A DNA stretch of 64,000 nucleotides, taken from the NCBI GenBank assembly GCA_026770705.1, contig JANJGN010000026.1, forward strand, positions 33,604,001 to 33,668,000. The letters are read 5' to 3'. The stretch's first letter is position 1, and each line of letters starts with the position of its first letter. Under the pieces are notes generated by a model. The model made no database searches. It had not been told where the DNA came from and saw only the letters and a list, made by a program, of their open reading frames with translations. The position numbers and the translations under genes are program-made. Source of the stretch: Isurus oxyrinchus (Eukaryota). This document shows, one piece after another, positions 13,186-26,341 of the stretch.

Positions 13186-14040
13186 GTGAAGCAGCATTTC
13201 ACTTGCATTTCCCCCAACTTAGTCTACTGCATTTGTTGCTCCCAATGTGGTCTCCTCTACATTGGAGAGACCAAACGTAAACTGGGCGACCGCTTTGCAG
13301 AACATCTGCGGTCTGTCCGCAAGAATGACCCAAACTTCCCTGTCGCTTGCCATTTTAACACTCCACCCTGCTCTCTTGCCCACATGTCTGTCCTTGGCTT
13401 GCTGCATTGTTCCAGTGAAGCCCCACGCAAACTGGAGGAACAACACCTCATCTTCCGACTAGGCACCTTATAGCCTTCCGGACTGAATATTGAATTCAAC
13501 AACTTTAGGTCGTGAGCTCCCTCCCCCATCCCCACCCCTTCTGTTTCCCCCTTTTTTTCCCAATAAATTATATAGATTTTTCTTTTCCCACCTATTTCCA
13601 TTATTTTTAAATATTTTAAAATCTTTTATGCTCCCTCCACCCCCACTAGAGCTGTACCTTGAGTGCCCTACCATCCATTCTTAATTAGCACATTCGTTTA
13701 GATAATATCACCAACTTTAACTTTAACACCTATGTGTTCTATTGTACCATTGTCTCTGACATCTTTTGATGATCTGCTTCTATCACTGCTTGTTTGTCCA
13801 CACAACCACACCCCCCGCCCACCTCTCTCTCTCTCTATCTCTCCACCCCCACACATACACCTTAAACCAGCTTATATTTCAACTCTTTCTTGGACTCGAA
13901 ATCAAGTTCTGTCGAAGGGTCATGAGGACTCAAAACCTCAACTCTTTTCTTCCCCGCCGATGCTGCCAGACCTGCTGAGTTTTTCCAGGTAATTCTGTTT
14001 TTGTTTTGGATTTCCAGCATCCACAGTTTTTTGATTTTTA
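13186..14040 (+). mobile_element. Penelope-like element 3' fragment: GIY-YIG endonuclease end plus terminal repeat
   Basis: NLVYCICCSQCGLLYIGETKRKLGDRFAEHLRSV...RKLEEQHLIFRLGTL; near-identical copy at 46705-47330. Confidence 0.9.
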
Positions 14041-14984
14041 TATTTTTTTTGTTTTAATCCTAATTACTTGTTGTGCCTATATAGTTCCGCTTTTTTATCA
14101 ATTTCTTTCAGACCTCCTGAATAGCTTTGCACATCTGGAAACTATTCTCTCATGTTTCAGCCCTGTTACCCTGACATGTCTAAATCTCTTCACAGCCGAT
14201 TTACTCCTCTGTATCCTCCTCACAGCTTACATTTCCACCATTTACATCAGCTAAGTTTTGTCTACATGCGCCAGCGAGGGTCGAACTCAGCACCTGGTTT
14301 GGTAAGTCCACTGTTTTAACCACTGGGTTGCCCCAAGGAGGTAAATGTCCTCTTGCAACTTTTAAAACTACTATTATTCTCTGTACCATTTACCATGAAG
14401 ATACATAACTAAAGTGAGTAAAGTTTACGATGGTAAAAATGTGTTTACCCCCCTCAGGGAACTAAATCATATTGACACGTGCAGAGGAACATACACAGAC
14501 ATGGACACCGATAGTGACAGCTGCCTAAGGAAAGAAAGATATCCAGAAAGCAAGGATGTCACCAGATTGGCTCCGTTTTTGTTCCATTTCCAACTGCAAA
14601 TTTGGTGAATGCCTGCGGATGAACGGAAATGAAAAATACTGGGAAGCGTTTGAAATTTTTTTTAATAGATAATTAATTCTGTGACTCATTCTTAAAGCAG
14701 GAACAATGAGAAATGTAAACTACTAAATGTAGTTTGCAGGTTCAATATGCAGGATTTGAAACTGTATCAGGAAACATAAAATGGTTTCAAGCCCATTACA
14801 TAAGCAACTCAGCTCCGTCCATTGCTGCCATCTACCTTTTAATGCGACAAAGTGGTTACAGCTGAGAATGAAGACATGTAGCCCCATCTATTCCTGGCTG
14901 CCCTGCAATTTCTGCTGTCTCTCCTCGATCTTTCCTCCAGAATGGAGCACTGCACACCGAACGTGCACAGGAACACACATGTGA

Positions 14985-15350
14985 TTGAGGTGCATAAAAT
15001 TATATGGGGCATAGGTAGGGTAGACAGGAAGGAACTTTTCCCCTTAGTGGAGGGATCAATAACCAGGGGGCATAGATTTAAGATAAGGGGTGGAAGGTTT
15101 AGAGGTGATGCGAGGAAGAATGTTTTCACCCAGAGGGTCGTAGGAATCTGGAACTCACTGTCTGAAAGGGTGGTAGAGGCAGAAACTCTCATAACGTTAA
15201 AGAAGTATTTGGATGTACACTTGTGATGCCATGGTATACAAGGCAATGGGCCTAGTGCTGGAAAATGGGTTTAGAATAGTTAGGCACTTGTTTGACGGGC
15301 GCAGACTCGATGGGCCGAAGGGCCTTTTTCTGTGCTATGGGCCCCAATGA
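14985..15350 (+). mobile_element. CR1-type LINE 3' fragment
   Basis: IEVHKII.GIGRVDRKELFPLVEGSITRGHRFK...FTQRVVGIWNSL. Confidence 0.85.
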
Positions 15351-15406
15351 CTCTATAACTGAAGGGTTTGGCAAAATTGATTGAAAATATGAACCGTCTG
15401 AAGCTC

Positions 15407-15488
15407 TGACAATGGAGGGATTTGAACCCACGCTTCCACAAAAACTGGAACCTAACTCCAGCGTCTTGGACCACTCGGCAACGCAACC
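15407..15488 (-). tRNA. tRNA-Leu(TAG)-derived, probably pseudogene
   Basis: Reverse complement GGTTGCGTTGCCGAGTGGTCCAAGACGCTGGAGTTAGGTTCCAGTTTTTGTGGAAGCGTGGGTTCAAATCCCTCCATTGTCA; 82 nt with variable arm; mismatched acceptor stem. Confidence 0.75.
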
Positions 15489-17262
15489 ACTATAGTGGCA
15501 AAAATTGTCCGTGCCATGACTGAAATTTTCAATCACTCTCCACGTTGTAACATTCAGTAACTGAACGGTCTCCACTGAAAAAACATACAGAAAGAAACAT
15601 TCTCCTCTTGCATCTTTCCAACCTGCTTTTTCTTTCTGAGCCTTTTTAATGTGAAGCTACACAACTAATGTGAGTGAAGTTTGCGATGGTAAAAATGGGT
15701 CCATCCCCTCGTGGAACCGAACCACTTTGATACATTCCTGATCCGAACCACTTGCCGTGCAACATAGAAGCCCCTTTAAAACTGTAACTATTATTTTCAG
15801 TTTCCTCTCTTCTCCGACCAAAATGAATCACTTCACACTTCCAGACATTAAATTTCAGCTGCCACTTGTCCATCCAAATGGATTTGTTGAAGGGGCCGAA
15901 AGGAGAACCGACTCAAACTGGGAATGAAAGAGTGAGAATGAAAGAAGAGATGTGACGGGTGTTGTCGATCCCAGGGGAAAGAGACTCTGATCATTGTGAC
16001 AGTTCACACAGCAACAAGGAAACAACATTCCCTGATGAGGGCCAACTGCGAGCGGCAGGAGCGGGAGTGCCGAATAACAGCCTATTTAGTTAAAACATAG
16101 AAGACTTCTTCAGCCAATAACAGCATCGAGTGTGTTCGACATGAACATGAAGTGAACAGTGAGGGAAAATAGTGCCACAAGCTGCGGATGTACAACGTTC
16201 AATTTCGAAATCCACCAACAGAATCAATGCGGCTCCTCTGAAACTTTCAAGGCAAATATTGATCCTTTATCAGATGCCGTTCCCAGAACTATACACAGTC
16301 CTCCATGTGTGATCTAACCAGGGCTTTGTATAGCTGCAGCAAACCTTTCCCTCTTTTCTATAACAGTCTCTGTAACAGGTTGTACAGCAAGACAAATTAG
16401 ATTGTATAAGGCGACTGAGAAAAATGAGGACATGCTTGATCTGAATCAATCTCTTTGGAAAGTTTGGTATGAAATCAGCTGCATAAATACATTTATGGTT
16501 CAAAAAATATATCGGAATCTAAAGTCCAATTCCTGATGTCATTGGGTCAGGAAATCTTTGTTAATGATCACACAGTGTGCTGGGCACTGCAGAAACTCCT
16601 GCACCTCTTTAATATTGTTCCATAACTTTCATAAGCTCCATGAAATCTCTGTTCAACCTCCTTTGTTCTAAAGAGAACAATCGCGGCCTCAATAATCTCT
16701 CCACAAAGCTGAATTTCATCATCTATAGACATGATATAAGGTGGAAAATTGCAATGAGATTTTAAAAAATATTGCCAGCTGGCAGTTGGGAATATGGAAA
16801 AGGAACCAAAGCAGAAAGCCCAGTCTCCAGCTTTGCAAATTTTTCCAAATTCTTTGGGAAGCGGGATCAGAGGAGAACGAAGGGTGAACTGTCCGACTGA
16901 CCGTTCAAGGTACCGTTCCCTTCTTTAAGGTACTGGAACATTGACTCTGATGTTATCATTGAAATTAACTGATCTGAGACATGGAAAGGATTCTCCTCAC
17001 TGCACATCAGCAATTCAAGCCGAATATTGGTTTCGGGACAATCAGAACACTTGGTGACAGACAAGGCACCAAAAGGATCGAAGGGAGACTGTAGGAGAGC
17101 TGGTTCCAGGTGACACGGATGTGTCTGCAGTGGGTGGGATCAGACTGTTTCCATGTGTCTAAATCAATGCCTTACATTTTATTTTGGAAAAGTAAAACTT
17201 GTAGAGAACAATGATCATTCTGATAGTGGCAATCTGAAGCTTTAAGTACATATCTTGCGACT

Positions 17263-17336
17263 TTTTCTGTGGTGCAATTGATCAGCGTGTTCAGCTGTTA
17301 ACTGGAAGGTTGGTAGTTCGAGACCACCCGGAGACG
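17263..17336 (+). tRNA. tRNA-Asn(GTT)-derived, probably pseudogene
   Basis: TTTTCTGTGGTGCAATTGATCAGCGTGTTCAGCTGTTAACTGGAAGGTTGGTAGTTCGAGACCACCCGGAGACG; anticodon arm intact, stem mismatches elsewhere. Confidence 0.78.
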
Positions 17337-18219
17337 AAGATTTCACTGTTTATCAGCCCATCACATTCATCACCCCACAGCTCTGGGTTGTTAAGGTGCA
17401 TATTGGTTTCAAGCAAATAATCCACATTTCTGTTATTCAGTGACCCACACAAACGGTTGCTTTCTTATGAATATTTCAAATGTAAAGAGAAAATTATTAG
17501 GCCCACCATGTACCAATATCTAACTCATTGGAAAGATATGAAGTTATATGATTCAAGCAAACCCATCAGTGATTCTCTCTTCCTCAGCTCCACAGTGAGT
17601 GGGACAGGGAAGAGCGGAGAAGCGGCAATATTCCGGCCCCACACTCTCCAATCACCCGCTGCCAGCAGAAAGCAGCGACAGCAGCTTCAATCAGCAGATT
17701 ACTGTCCATCCCTGGGATGCAAGATACTCCAACACGGGCTAAACCTCCCAATACACCGAGCACAGGCTCAGGCAAACACAGGTAGATTAGATCCCGGCCA
17801 CTAAACCTCCGAGCAGCATTAACAGCATTCCCGAGAGACGGAGTCACAAATAAAAACGACGACAACTTTGTAAATCTTTTCACTGTGAAATTCTATCTTT
17901 TTATTTAAAAACTGACAGTTGTGAATCTGAAAATGAGCACCATGGGATTTGTGTTACTGACTGACTTGTTTTCCATTGTTTGTCCGACAGGTTTGCAACT
18001 CAATTTGTGTTGGAGATTGAAGCGAATCTGATTTCAAAATGTGGTTATAAAACAGATAAACATTAAATCCAGGAACAAATCCTGAGGAAATGGATCACAA
18101 TGTTTGGAAGTAGGTGCAGCTGAGAAGCAGAAACTGTGAATGATGTTATTGATGATTGATGGGAAAGCATTGGACCCTTGGGCTTCTGGTGGTCAATTTC
18201 CTTCTCTCCCATTGCATTC

Positions 18220-18690
18220 AGACTGTTAACTCGCTGTGATGTTTTCCCTTCCCACATTCGGAGCAGGTTAATGGCCTCTCCACAGTGTGAACTTGCTGGT
18301 GTCTCAGCCGATAGATGTATGAGTGAATCCCTTCCCACACATGGAGCAGGTTAATAACTTCCCACCAGTGTGACTGCATTAGTGAATTTCCGGCTAAGAT
18401 GGGTGATTCAATCCTTCCTCACATTCCCCACATTTTACAGATTCTCATCAATGTAACCATGCTTGTATTTCAACAGGCCAGATGATGCATTGAATCCTCG
18501 TCCACACACAGGACACGTGTACAGTTTCTCCCCACTGTGAACGGTGCTTTTTCCTTCCATGTTCAAACTCTGATGATATTCAGGCTACGATAAACTGGGC
18601 GACTCAGCCAGATCCTAGTGTGATGTTGGTTTGAGTTTCCTGACTGCAAATCTTCCCCTCCTAATACCCTGTGAAAATGATTTAAAACAG
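18220..18690 (-). pseudogene. C2H2 zinc-finger gene remnant
   Basis: VLGGEDLQSGNSNQ... then [23 protein letters not shown] (ATG 18560) followed by decayed fingers; paralogous to the ZNF at 28.3 kb. Confidence 0.75.
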
Positions 18691-19149
18691 AAAAACGGGA
18701 GAGAGGGAGAACCCACAAAAACACAAAGGCAGGTTGTGAAATTGAACTGAAAATTTGGAAATTTGTGGGACAGACACTACAGCAAAATGACATTCAAAGC
18801 TGTTGGATTGTCAAAACAATTCAACTGGTTGACTAATGTTCATCAGAGAAGGGAACCTTACACTCAGTCTGGGCCTACACAAGACCTCTATAGGAGGAGA
18901 GAGGCGGAGACAAAGAGGGAGATAGAGAGAGAAAATGAGGGAGAAATGCAAAAGGAGAGATAGAGAGTGATGTAAGAGGGTAAGGTTCAGAGGGAGAGAG
19001 AGATAGAGAGAGAGAGAGGTGAGAGTGGCAGGGGTGAAAGAGAGGGATTTCATATCAGCTCGACCAGAACTTTAACAGAACGTCTCGAACCCTGAATCTA
19101 CACCATCTAGAAGGAGCAAGGTAACAGGTGTACACAAACGCACGCACCA

Positions 19150-20080
19150 TCCTGACTTGTCTGGCATCCAGTGCTGCATGAACAGAAATGTCCTCCAATT
19201 AAATATTGGAAAAATTAAAGCCATTGTCTTTAGCCCCTCCCACCGACCCCCCCCCCCTCCCCACAACCACGACCACCACCACCCCCGACCCCCCCCCCCC
19301 CCCCCCAACACCCCGGCCCCCTACAAACGTCACTCCTTAGCCAATGGCTCCTTTCCTCTCCCCAGCAATTGTCTGAGGCTGAACCAGATTCTTCTAAAAC
19401 TTGATGTCATGCTTCAAACATATCTGCATCATCACAAAGACCGCTGATTCCCACCTCAGTAACATCACCGAACCCTGTCCTAATCTCAGCTCACCCAATT
19501 CTGAAACTCTCATCCATTCCTTTATTATCTCTAGACTTAACTACCCTAACGCACCCCAGGCCAGCCTCCCACATTCACCTCCCCAGTAAACTTGAGGTGA
19601 TGTAACACTCTGCTACCCATGTGTTTGTTTGCAGTAAGTCTTGCTCTCTCATCACCTCTGTGCCCGCTGACCGAAAAAGGCTCACGTTTAAGAAGCACCA
19701 ATTTTTAAAAATTCTCATCCTTGTTTTCAAATCCCTCTGGGGCTGCAATCACCCCTTTCTCTGTGATCTCCTCCAGGCCAACAACCCTTCAGGATCTCTG
19801 CACTGATCTCATCCTGATCTCTTGACCATTCTCAATTAATCAGTCCACCACTGGTTGCCATTTTTTAAGTTTCCGAGACCCCAAGCTCTGAAATTTCCTC
19901 CCCAAACCTCCCCACATCTCTATTCACTTTCTTCTATTAAGATACTCCTTAGCCTTACTCTTTCACAAAGCTTTTGGTCACCTGCCCTAATGTCTCCTTA
20001 TGTGGCTCGGTGTCAAATGTTACTTTGTAATATTTCTACAAAATGCTTTGGAACATTCAGTTACATGAAAGATGCTATAT
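19150..20080 (+). mobile_element. L2-type LINE 3' fragment
   Basis: LQLNIGKIKAIVF, ETLIHSFIISRLNY, ILVFKSL motifs. Confidence 0.75.
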
Positions 20081-20874
20081 GAATACAAATTATTGTTAGT
20101 TTGGATATATATTACTGTTCCTTCATCGCCACAGGGTGAAAGGTTGTGTAACTCCCTATCTAACAACATTGTGGGAGCACCTTCGCACGGGTTGCAGAGG
20201 TTCAAGAAGGTCAAACATCATCTTCCCCACAGGTAAATGGGGATGGGCAATATCTGCTGCTGGCCTTGTTAGTGGCACTGAAATCTCAAGGATTGCCTGT
20301 GTCGGATGGGGCGGTCCTTCCTTTAAACTCCGTCTGAGAGGAAAGTGACTGCTCCCGAGAGCTGGATGAGAGGAGGCAGCTCAGAGTCAGATGCTGAACA
20401 CACTGCAGCCCACATGGACATTACAAACTGCCCCCTTTCTTGGGTACTCAGTGCTGGAGGCGTAGCAACCAGCACATAGGAACAGAAGCAGGCCATTCAG
20501 CCCCACAAACCTGCTCCACCATTCTATTCGCTAAGCTCCCTTTTCCCATCTTTGTCAAATTACTTTTATATCTTTGCTTAACAAAATTCAATCTATTCAT
20601 GTCTTGAAAAATTCAACTGACCACCAGCATTCACAGCTTTTTGGGGAGGTTGGTCCTGGTTCCCACAACTCTTGTCTGAACACGTTATTCCTGATTTCAC
20701 TCCACGTTCTACTGTTTTGATTCTGCCCCCTTGTTCTCGATTCCCCAGCAGAGCAAATGTTTTCCCTGTATCTACCCTCACAAACACATTGATCATTTTA
20801 AAAAACAGCATATCACCCCTGAAACTTCAATATTTCATGAAATATAAACCAATTTTCTGCAGCCTGTTCACCTT

Positions 20875-21170
20875 GAAGTGCAGCAGCATTGACTTTAATG
20901 ACTTGGAGGAGCTTTCTACCAACTGTTCAGAATGGCGACAACTTATCCATCAAGCTGCATCACACTTTGAGTCACAGTGTCTTCATGATGAGGCACAGCA
21001 GCAGAGAAGTGGAATCAAATGCTGTGCTCCAGATCCCAATACTTCATGGATGTCCTGCCCCATGAATCCAAATATCTGCAGGTCAAGAATCAGTCTGTTC
21101 ATTTGCAAGAAGACCCATGGCAGAAACTCACCACCCTGAGTAGACATCATCCTTGAATCGAGAGGCTGCT
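20875..21170 (+). mobile_element. RTE-like LINE 3' end fragment (second copy ~26875-27165)
   Basis: EWRQLIHQAASHFE...SCPMNPNICRSRISLF..KKTH, a decayed C-terminal zinc finger; similar sequence at 26.9-27.2 kb. Confidence 0.6.
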
Positions 21171-22189
21171 GACAAAGTATTAAACAACAACTAACACAGG
21201 CACTTGAGCACTGAGAGAATACACATAGATGGACAGGTTGTTTAACAGAATTCTGACCACAGAAAGTTCATTCCAGTGAAGCCAGACTGAACATGAAGAT
21301 AAGGCAGAAATAGAGGCAGATATGATAGCCCAAGATTAAACATAATGCAAACTGAATTTGAATCACCATTGGAGCAGCTTTATTAGATTCACAATAACTA
21401 AGCATAATAAACAGAGGCCTTTCACTGTAGGATAATGAAAATACTGGACAAAGATAGGAATAGTTTCATTCTGAGGGGTTGAGGAGAGGCTTGGTAGAGG
21501 ATAGACAAAGGGTGTGGCTTCTGCAGCTACTGCAGTTCTGCACTCTCACAAGGAAGGGGGTGTTTAGATTATGTAAGTGTCACCATTAAGCTGCAAACAT
21601 AAAATCAAGGCTTTATTTAAGCAATGAAATGGATATAGAAATGAAGAGGCCCTGTCAGTTCAATGGAACTTGAGGGATTTAGGGTTATTAATAAAAATGA
21701 AACATTCTCGCCTCTGAGCCAGAAACTCCTCTGCAGACAGTGCTGGAGAGTGAAGTCGACTCTCCAGCTCATTCTGAGTTGACATCAGGCAGGATAGGTG
21801 TATCTGGCGGGTCTGGCTGTTCTCTCCCATTGGGTGAGCTGATCAAACTCTCCCGGCTGATGCCGGAACAACAAACCGGCTGGAATTAAATGGTTCCAAA
21901 CACGGAAGGGGGGTTAACAGCCTGCAAATTCTTCCACTAATTCACACTGTTCTCCAAGGGATGAATTCAAAGAGAAACAACAACTACGCCCTGTCATTTC
22001 CCGAAATAATGCCTGCTGCCTGTCCTGACTGAATCCATTTCAGCAACAAATGTTGATATGTTTGCTCCACACCCACAGGTGTGGACAGTTTCATCTGTTT
22101 AAAGCCACAAACAGAAAGGTCCAGTTTTCTCCTGGAGTTTGAGACAAATCAGCTTTCAAAATGATGCCGTTTCTGGCAATGAGGGAGAT

Positions 22190-22560
22190 CCGGACTCAGC
22201 CCCGCCCCTCATTCACTCCAATTGGTTGGAGGACCAGTCACTTTCGCTTGGTCCTCTAGTCCAGCCCCGTCTTCCTATTGGTCCCGAGATGCCGTCAATC
22301 AGTCTCCGGACATTGTGATCTGAGCATGCGCACGCCATGGCGACGAACGGTAAGACAGCTCGAGCGAGCGGGTTTAAAATGGAGGGTTTACAAAGACCGA
22401 ATGCGGATCCAGAGCCCAAAATAAAACCTGCAACATTTTCTACTTAAGACGCGACTAGAAACCGTAAACATTATCCCTGACTCCCCGGTTTCTCCCGCTC
22501 AGGTCTGACTGGAGTGAGTCCGGCGAGGCCCCAGCGCATGTGCAATGTCAGCTCATTCAG
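22190..22560. promoter_or_regulatory. CpG-rich promoter-like region between the two divergent ZNF pseudogenes
   Basis: GC box (CCCGCCCC), CCAAT/ATTGG boxes, NRF1-like GAGCATGCGCA (22322-22332), splice donor AACG|gtaaga at 22350. Confidence 0.6.
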
Positions 22561-23404
22561 GAAGCGTCTGTAAATGGAGAGAAAGTGGTAAAAGTTAGGG
22601 AGCGTCTCTAGAAATGGTGATTGTCAGGAAATGTCTGCAAATGAAGGAAATAATGACTGAGCATGGAGTGCTTAAAAACTAAGGGAACGTGCTGATGAAC
22701 AGGGAATGTCTGTAAAGAATCATTGAGTCATAGAATTGTATAACACTGTTACCAGAGAAGAAGATGATGCTTGACCTTGAACCTTTGCACTCTGTGTGGT
22801 GAAACTGCTCCCACATTTCTGTGAGATAAGGAGTTACAGGAATTTCACTCAGTGATGATGAAGGAATGGTGACATGTCCAAATCAACAACAACAATGTGT
22901 GTTTATATGGCGCCTTTCTTGTAATAGAAAACTCCAAAGTGTTTCACAGGAGTTTTATGAAGCAACTTTTGCCACTGAGCCCACAGAAGGAGATGTTTGG
23001 CTAGATGACCAAAAGTTTGGTCAGAGATTGGTTTTAAGAATTATCTTGGAGGGTATGAGGCTGGAGAAAATCACAGAGATAGGAAGGAGCGATATCCTGA
23101 AGAGATTTGAGAGCAAAAATGATAAATTTAAAATTTAAGTGCTTCTTAGCCTGGAAACGTACCTCAGTGAGCATGATGGTGATGAGTAAACAAGACTTGG
23201 TGGAGTAAGCACATGGGCAGCAGAGTTTTGAATGACCTCAAGATCACAGGGAGGTTTAATGTGGGAGGCCAGCTGGGATTGCGTTAGGATAGTTAAGTCT
23301 ATAGGTAACCAATGAATAGATAAGAATTTCAATTGCAGAGCAACTGAGACTAGGATGGAGTTGGATGATACTGAGGTGGAAATGGGCAGTCTTGGTGATG
23401 ATAA

Positions 23405-24610
23405 AGGGGAGCCTGTAGACAAACTGTACTTGGATTTCCAGAAGGCATTTGATAAAATGCCACATCAAAGGTTATCGCGACAAATAAAAGCTCATGGTGT
23501 AGGATGTAACATGTTAGTATGGATAGAATATTGGCTGGCTGGCAGAAAACAGAGAGTATGCATAAATTGGTCTTTGTTGATTGGCAGGATGTGATGCGTG
23601 GAGTCCCACAGGATCTGTGCTGGCACCTCAACTTTTTACAATTGATATCAATGACTTAGATGAGGGGAGAGAAGCCATTGTAGCTAAATTTGCAGATGAC
23701 ATGAAGATATGTAGAAATGTATGTTGTGAAGAGGACATAAGGAGGTTGCAGACGCATATAAATAGGCTGACTGATTGGGCAGAGATCTGGCAAATGGAGT
23801 TTAATATTGGAAAATGTGAAGTTATTCACTTTAGCAGGAAGAATAAAAAAGCAGAGTGTTACTTAAATGGAGAATGACTGCAGAATTCCAAGGTGCAGAG
23901 GGATATAGGTGTTCTAGTGCATGAGGCACAAAAAGTTAGTATGCAGGTATAGCAAGTAGTTAAGAAGGCTAAGGGAATGCTTTTCTTTATTACGAGAGGA
24001 ATTGAACATCAAAGCAAGGATGTTATGCTTCAGTTATACAGGGCATTGGTGAGACCACATATCAAATACAGTGTGCAGTTTTTGGTCTCCTTATTCAAAG
24101 AAAGATGTAAATACATTGGAGGTGGTTCAAAGGAGGTTTACTAGATTTCTACCTGGATGAGCGGGTTGTCTTTTGAGGATAGGTTGGACAGGTTGGGCTT
24201 GTTTCCACTGGAGTTTAGAAAAGGGAGGGGTGACTTGATTGAAGTATATAAGATCCTGAATGGTCTTGACAAGGTGGATATGCAAAGGATGTTTCCTCTT
24301 GTGGGTGAGTCCAGAACTAGGGGCATTGTTTTGAAATTAGGAGGCGCCCTTTTAGGACAGAGATGAGGAGAATTTTTTTCTCTGTGGACTCTGGAACTCC
24401 CTGCCTCAGAAGTCAGTGGTGGTGGAGTCATTAAATATTTTTAAGGCAGAGGTAGATAGATTCTTGTTAGGCACAGGAATCAAAGTTTATCGGGGGGTAG
24501 ATGGGAATGTGGAATTTGAAATGCAAGTAATCAGTCATGATTATATTGAATGGCGGCGTGGGCTCAAGGGGCTGAATGACCTAGTTATTCTCCTATTTTG
24601 CATGTTCGCA
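23405..24610 (+). mobile_element. CR1-type LINE fragment (RT and 3' UTR)
   Basis: YLDFQKAFDKMPH, GVPQGSVL-like, KFADDMKI, LDRLGLFPLEFR. Confidence 0.9.
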
Positions 24611-24764
24611 TGATGCAGATATGTGGTTTGAAGGTCAGTTTGGGGTGAAACATGACACCGATGTTGTGAACAGTCTGGTTCAGCCTCAGACAGTTGCTGG
24701 AGAGATGATGGAGTCTGTGGCTGTGGAGTGGAGAAGGGACTGAAGACAATGGTTTCAGTTATCG

Positions 24765-25390
24765 GGGAGACATTGGCATAGTGGTATTGTCACTGGACAA
24801 GTAATTCAGAGATCAGGGTAATGCTTGAGGGACCCAGGTTCAAATCTCACCACAACATCAAGCTTTCACCAAGACACCTTACACAGCACCTTCCAAACCC
24901 ACAGCCACAACTACCTAGGAGGACAAGGGCAGCAGATAGATGGGAACACCACCACCTGGAGGTTCCCATCCAAGTAACTCACCATCCTGACTTGGAAATA
25001 TATTGCCGTTTATTCACTGTCACTGGGTCAAAATCCTGGAACTCCCTTCGTAACAGCACTGTGGGTGTACCTACACCACATGGACTGCAGCGGTTCAAGA
25101 AGGCAGCTCACCCCATCTTCTCAAGGGCAACTAGGAAAGGGGAATAAACACTGGCCCAGCCAGCGAAGCCCATGAGTGAATAAAAAAAAACTTTACAAGA
25201 CAGATGGTAGAATTTAATTTCAATGAAAAGTCTAATGTTGGCAACAAAATCATTGTCGATAGTCATAAAACGCATCTAGTTCACTAATGTCCTTTAGGGG
25301 AGGAAATCTGCCATCCTTACCTGGTCTGGCCTACGTGTGACTCCAGACCCACAAGAATGTGATTGACTCTGAAATGCCCTCAGTTGTATC
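24765..25390 (+). mobile_element. tRNA-headed SINE interrupted by a LINE 3' fragment
   Basis: A/B-box head TGGCATAGTGG...GGTTCAAATCTC (24774-24850) resumes at ~25201 after an insert ending in an A-rich tail. Confidence 0.55.
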
Positions 25391-26270
25391 AAACCACAAC
25401 TGGAAAATGATTAAGAAATGAAACCAGACCACCCGGCATCGGCCCAGGCACCAGAAGCGACAAAGGCAAACTCAGCCCTGTCAACCCGATGAAGTCCTCC
25501 ATACTAACATCTACAGGCTGGTGCCAAGAATGAGAGAGCTGTCTCAGAGAGGAGTTAAGCAACAGCCTGACATACTCATATTCACGAAACCATAGTTCTT
25601 GTGGAGACAAAGTCCTGTCTTTACATTGAGGATACCCTCCATTATGTTGTCTGGTACTATAACCCTAGATCTCAAACAGATCATGCAACCATGAGGTGCT
25701 CTGAGCCATCGGCAGCAGCAGAATTGTACTCAACCACAGTCTTAAATTTTGCCTTGAATCATCATCCCCTTGATCATTTACTCAGTCTTCCATCCTATCG
25801 CAGACCATTTGTTCTTTCCTCCTCTCCCCCTCTCTTTTACCTGACCCTATATTCGCTGGAAAAGTATTAAATCTTTCACTCTTTCCTGTTTGGATAAAGG
25901 GTCACCGATGTGAAACATTCACTCTGTTTACCTCTCCATAGATACTGTTTGACCTGCTGAGTGTATCCAACATTTTCTGTTTTGAGGTCAATTTCTAGCA
26001 TCTGCAGTATTTTTTGGGGGGCCACTGTGTTTTCTCTCACTTATCGTTACCTGTTTAAAGGTGAAGAAGAGCTTTTAAAGAATGAAACAGCTGTAATTGT
26101 CTTGAAGGGTCATTCGGACTCGAAACGTTAACTGTGCTCCTCTCCACAAATGCTGCCAGACCTGCTGAGTTTTTCCAGGTATTTTTGTTTTTGTTTTAGT
26201 AAGTATCACCCTGTTCGACATGAAACTAAACTAATTGTTAATTCCTCATCGGTAATAATTTTAAACACAA

Positions 26271-26341
26271 AGTTTTGGCCGGGATTGAACCGGGGACTCT
26301 CTCATGTAAAGTCAACGTGATAATCACTGCACTGGGGAAAT
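26271..26341 (-). pseudogene. tRNA-Val(TAC) pseudogene
   Basis: Reverse complement TTTCCCCAGTGCAGTGATTATCACGTTGACTTTACATGAGAGAGTCCCCGGTTCAATCCCGGCCAAAACT. Confidence 0.65.

Noticed and set aside
14265-14335. tRNA-like remnant on the minus strand (another at ~57430-57493)
   Set aside because: Only partial A/B-box similarity; no isotype or cloverleaf can be supported
16571-16597. Orphan RSS-like CACAGTG-11-GCAGAAACT
   Set aside because: Spacer is 11 nt and there is no adjacent V, D or J coding sequence
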